Positions 57,601 to 64,000 of a stretch of DNA of 64,000 nt are shown here, one piece after another (position 1 is the stretch's first letter; the number at the start of each line of letters is the position of its first letter). Position numbers and translations under genes: made by a program. The DNA is from the human T2T-CHM13v2.0 reference genome, Homo sapiens, in assembly GCF_009914755.1 (NCBI RefSeq), contig NC_060927.1; one strand, 5' to 3'. The notes beneath the pieces are model-generated. The model made no database searches, was not told where the DNA came from, and saw only the letters and a list, made by a program, of their open reading frames with translations.

Positions 57601-58159
57601 TTGGCAGTAAAGCAGGTATCACAAACTCACATGCCATAGGGACCAGCGAGTCAGGGAATAGGTGCAGCCAGCTGGGTGAGAGACGATACAGCATGATGAT
57701 GTCTGTGCCAAAGTGGAGATCAAACCTACAGAAGGCCTCAAATCCTAAACATTTTTGATATGATAATGTGGTTTTACTTCCCTTTTATTTTATTTATTTA
57801 TTTTTTTGGAGACAAGGTCTTGCTCTGTCACCCAGCCTGGAGTACAATGGCACAATCACAGCTCACTGCAGCCTCAAACACCCAGGCTCAAGCATCCCTC
57901 TGCCACAGCCTCCTGAGAAGCTGGGACCACAGGCATGTGCTATTACACCTGGCTAATTTATTTTATTTTATTTTTTGTAGAGGCGAGGTCTCCCTTGCCT
58001 AGGCTGGTGTCAAACTCCTGGGCTCAAGTGATCCTCCCACTTAGCCTCCCAAAGCGTTGGGATTACAGGCGTGACCCACCATGCCTGGCCTGGTTTTACT
58101 TCTTTAATGTATTAACAGAGTGGATTCATTGGTGGATTTCCTAATTTTGAATCAACCTC

Positions 58160-58845
58160 TAGCGGTGTGCTGTAGCTGGCTCTTACCAGGTGACAGCCAA
58201 TTATTAAATTTTCAGGAATTTGTTTAAAGTTGTTGAGGTCATGCTGGTAGCTTAAAATTGGCCGTGATGGGAGTATTTACACCATGGGAATTGGCAAATG
58301 CTATAAATTGGGGCGGTTTTCTTCTTTCTCAGATAGCTAGTTGTGAATCCAGCATGCTACTGCTTGTATTCCTGGAATAAACTGTGCTTGATCTTGTTGT
58401 ATTATTTTTGTCATTACTGTATTTTACAGTAATGTGTTACTGTAATTAGTATGTCACATTCTTTGTCAGCTTTATTTCTTAAAACCTTTCATATTTTTGT
58501 ATGGTCCAGTTTAAATCTCTGATTCTTAATTACCTAGGGAGTATCATAAAATGCAGATGCTAGTCCATGCACCTGATCGATAATCAGAATCTGAGGGTGA
58601 AACACAAATACTAGTACTTTTTAAAAACTCCATAGATGATTCCAATGTACAGCCAAGGTTGAGAACTAGTGGCCTAGTCCAGTGCTTGTCAAACATTAAT
58701 GTGCATACAGATCATCTAGGGATCCTGTTAATATGCAAAGTCTAATTTAGCAGGTCTGGGGTGAGCCTGAGATTCTGCATTTCCAACAAGTTCCCAGCGA
58801 TGCCACGGCTGCTGGTCCGTAGACCACAATTTAAGTAGCAAGGAT
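58160..58845. mobile_element. Cluster of hAT MITEs: MER63-like (~58160-58360) and two adjacent MER5 elements (~58505-58845)
   Basis: GGGAGTATTTACACCATGG (MER63). GCCTGAGATTCTGCATTTC.AACAAG and AAGGTTGAGAAC (MER5). Confidence 0.65.
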
Positions 58846-59870
58846 TTGAATTAACATTGTAATTATCCATGCTTTAAAGGTTACATAAAATTCAGCTATT
58901 CAGCCATTTCATCCTGGTACTTTCTTCAACATCCAATCTTATTACCTTTCCATCTCTTCTGTAGAACTTAGTCCATTTAAATTTTCCACTTTTTCCTCTG
59001 TCAATTTTGGTATTACATGTTTTGTGAGAAATCTGTTTCTCTTGGTTTTCAAATATGCTGTCAGAGTGACGCTGAATAACCTCTTACTATTTTTTAAATT
59101 ATCTCACATCTGCAATTATTAAGCATTCAAATTCAAAGTTTAAAAAATATTTGTCAAGTGCAGTGGCTCATATCTGTAATGCCAATACTTTGGGAGGCTG
59201 AGGCAGGCAGATTGCTTGAGCCCAGGAGTTGGAGACCAGCCTGGACAACATGGCAAAACCTCATCTCTACAAAACAAATACAAAAAATTAGCCAGGTGCA
59301 GTGGCACCTGTTTGCCAGTAGTCCCAGTCACTTGGGAGGCTGAGATGGGAGGATTGCTTGAGCCCAGAAGGTCAAGTTGCAGTGAGCCAAGATCACACCA
59401 CTGCACTCCACCCTGAGTGACAGTGAGACTCTGTGTCTTAAAAAAAAAAAAAAAAAGAAATCGGCTGGGCATGGTGGCTCATGCCTGTAATCCCAGCACT
59501 TTGGAAGGCCAAGGCAGGCGGATTGCCTGAGGTCGGGAGTTCGAGACCAGCCTGACCAACATGGAGAAATCCCATCTCTACTAAAAATACAAAATTAGCC
59601 AGGTGTGGTGGCGCATGCCTGTCATCCCAGCTACTCAGGAGGCTGAGGCAGGATAATCGCTTGAACCCAGGAGATGGAGGTTGCGGTGAGCTGAGATCGG
59701 GACACCAGCCTGGACAGCAAGAGCGAAACTCCATTTCAAAAAAAAAAGAAAAAGAAATTAAGTCAACCAAACCAAACATCTGTGGCTGACTGTCCTTCAA
59801 GCTTCCAGTTTGCGGTCTTGCCAAAGACCCCTGTTTGCTAGGACTGCCATAACAAAAGACCACAGACTGA

Positions 59871-60287
<417 letters not shown>

Positions 60288-61914
60288 TGATCTGCTCGCC
60301 TTGGCCTCCCAAAGTGCTGGGATTACAGGCATGAGCCACCATGCCTGGCCTCTTCCACTTTTTATAGGGACACTACTACTATCAGATCAGGGCCCATCCT
60401 TGTGAACTCTCTTCATTTAACCTTAATCACCTCTTTCAAAGCCTTATTTCCAGATACAGCCACATGGTTAGGGCTTCACCATGTAAATTTGGCGGGGAGG
60501 TGCAGAGGGGTGACAAACATTCAGTCAATAAGTTTCAATTACTCCAATTATTTCACCTATTTTGAGTTGTTGCTGACTCCAGAAGATTCTGTTAAACTAT
60601 GTCACTGAAGAGCTAATCCCAGAATAGTTTCAGAGCTGGACTATGCTTAACAACTATGTGATTCAATCACAGTATTTTACACATGGAGAAACTGAGGCCC
60701 AGAGAGGCACATCATTCACCTATGCAGAGTGGAAAGGTTAAGATTAGAACCAGGGTGTCTGGGCATCCAATCAGGAATAGAAGGTATGTCATCCCTTTGT
60801 TACTACCACACCTCCTGCACTACAATAATTCAAGCACAGTCACTGGATGTGAACGATGTGCAGACGTGGTGCTTACCTGGCACTCAAGGTTTTCTATATT
60901 CAGACCATTTTGTGATGTTCACAGCTTTTCTCCGTGACCCTGGGGGAAAGTGATGCTATTAAAAAACCAATGATTGTAGGAAGCTTCTGGAACCCCCACT
61001 GGGCTGGAGGGACAAAAAGGAGAGAATAGTTTTTACCCAGAGCCCATGAGCATGAGCTTACTCACAACGAATGCATCTGTAGTGTTGCTGATGCTGCCAC
61101 TACCACGACAATCACTGCCTTTCTCATTGGGCAGGCAGCCAAGAGCCCACCTGTTCATGCTATTGAAACAGCCACCAGAGCCATTGGGGCCCTTACTTAC
61201 CCAGAGCCACCCCTGCTGCCCTCGCCCCAGTACCCTACCATTGCAAGGCCCACAATTGCCTACTATACCTACTGATAAATGTCATAAACAGAAAAAAATG
61301 GCCTCTCCCTCCCACCTTCCAACCAACTTCACATAAATGCCTCCCACTAGCAGAACCTACCTGGCAAGGAACCCAGCTGACAAGGAAGTTCGGGAAATGC
61401 AGTTTCCAGGCTTCTAGCCCCTGAGATATAGGGGAGAATGTGGGCCAGGTGTGATGACTCACGTCTGTAATCTTAGCACTTTGGGAGGCCAAGGTGGGAG
61501 GATCGCCTTGAGCCTAGGAGTTTGAGACCAGCCAGGCCAACACAGTGAGACCCCATCTCCAAAAAAAATAACAGAATGTGGAAAGGCAGGAATAGCCATA
61601 GACAATATCCGGGTATAGTTATTAGGAGGAAGTGAACAGGCAAGAATGTGGTACCTGAAGGTCAAGTTTTAGAATTCAGACATGTCCCACCAACAATAAT
61701 CAGCAGTGCTGGGGGGGTGTCACAAATTCCATCTGGAGGAGCCCTTTTTCTCTGGTCTTCCCAACAAAACTAGCCCAGAGGAGAATCTCATCTCCTGCCT
61801 CAGAGGAACAGCTGAACGAAGCTGAGCACCCCCTCTGGGAGGTCAGAAAGTCTTCTGTTCAGGCAGAGAAGCCTAGAAACCAGAGGCTCCCATTCCACTC
61901 TCAGGTCAGGAGCT

Positions 61915-62290
61915 GTATTAGTCAGCTGGAGCTGCCATAACAAAATGCCATGGCCTAGGTGGCTTTAACAACAGAAATTTGTTTTCTCACACTTCTGGAG
62001 GCTGGAAATCCAAGAGGAAGGCAGGTTTGGCTTCTCCTGAGGCCCTCTCCATGACCTGCACACAGTCTCCTTCTGGCTTTGTCCTCGTTTGGCCTTTTCC
62101 CTGTGCATGTGCATCCCAGTGCATCTTCCTCTTTTATAAGAATGCCAGTCATGGAGGATTAGGACTCCACCCTTATGCACTCATTTAATCTTAATTACCT
62201 CTTTAAAGGGCTCATCTCCAAATAGAGTCATGGGGGATGGGAGGTTAAGGCTTCAATTTATGAACAAGGGATACAATTCAGTCCATAACA
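61915..62290 (-). mobile_element. MLT1 (MaLR) LTR; further MLT1 copies at ~7890-8375, 31690-32090, 34200-34520 and 59830-60530
   Basis: TGTATTAGTC...GCTGCCATAACAAAATGCC...ATTCAGTCCATAACA. Confidence 0.72.
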
Positions 62291-62355
62291 GGAGCCCAGT
62301 TGATATCTCCAACTCTGAGAGTAAACAGAGGCCTTTTTTTTTTTTTTTTTTTTGA

Positions 62356-64000
<1,645 letters not shown>

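Overview
Primate, almost certainly human, genomic DNA from the SH3BP5 locus (3p25 from memory). The only protein-coding sequence is the first two coding exons of SH3BP5 on the minus strand (exon 1 CDS 20673-20810, exon 2 18906-18968), under a CpG-island promoter. Positions 1-18905 are intron 2. Positions ~21.5-64 kb are upstream or intergenic and very repeat-rich: many Alus, L1/L2/MIR, DNA-transposon MITEs, a full-length MSTA provirus, and THE1, LTR14-like and LTR47-like solo LTRs. There is also a U6 retrocopy (28153-28254) and a processed HMGN2 pseudogene that runs off the right edge. I see no novel gene system, and nearly all listed ORFs are Alu- or repeat-derived noise. The most striking structure is a ~1.4 kb inversion at ~28.9-30.4 kb. 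It is shown by swapped target-site duplications (TSDs) of two oppositely oriented Alus and by a flipped L2 segment. The inverted block holds a THE1 LTR and a candidate upstream first exon of SH3BP5. Repeat subfamily names come from recalled consensus sequences, and their boundaries are approximate unless a TSD is quoted.
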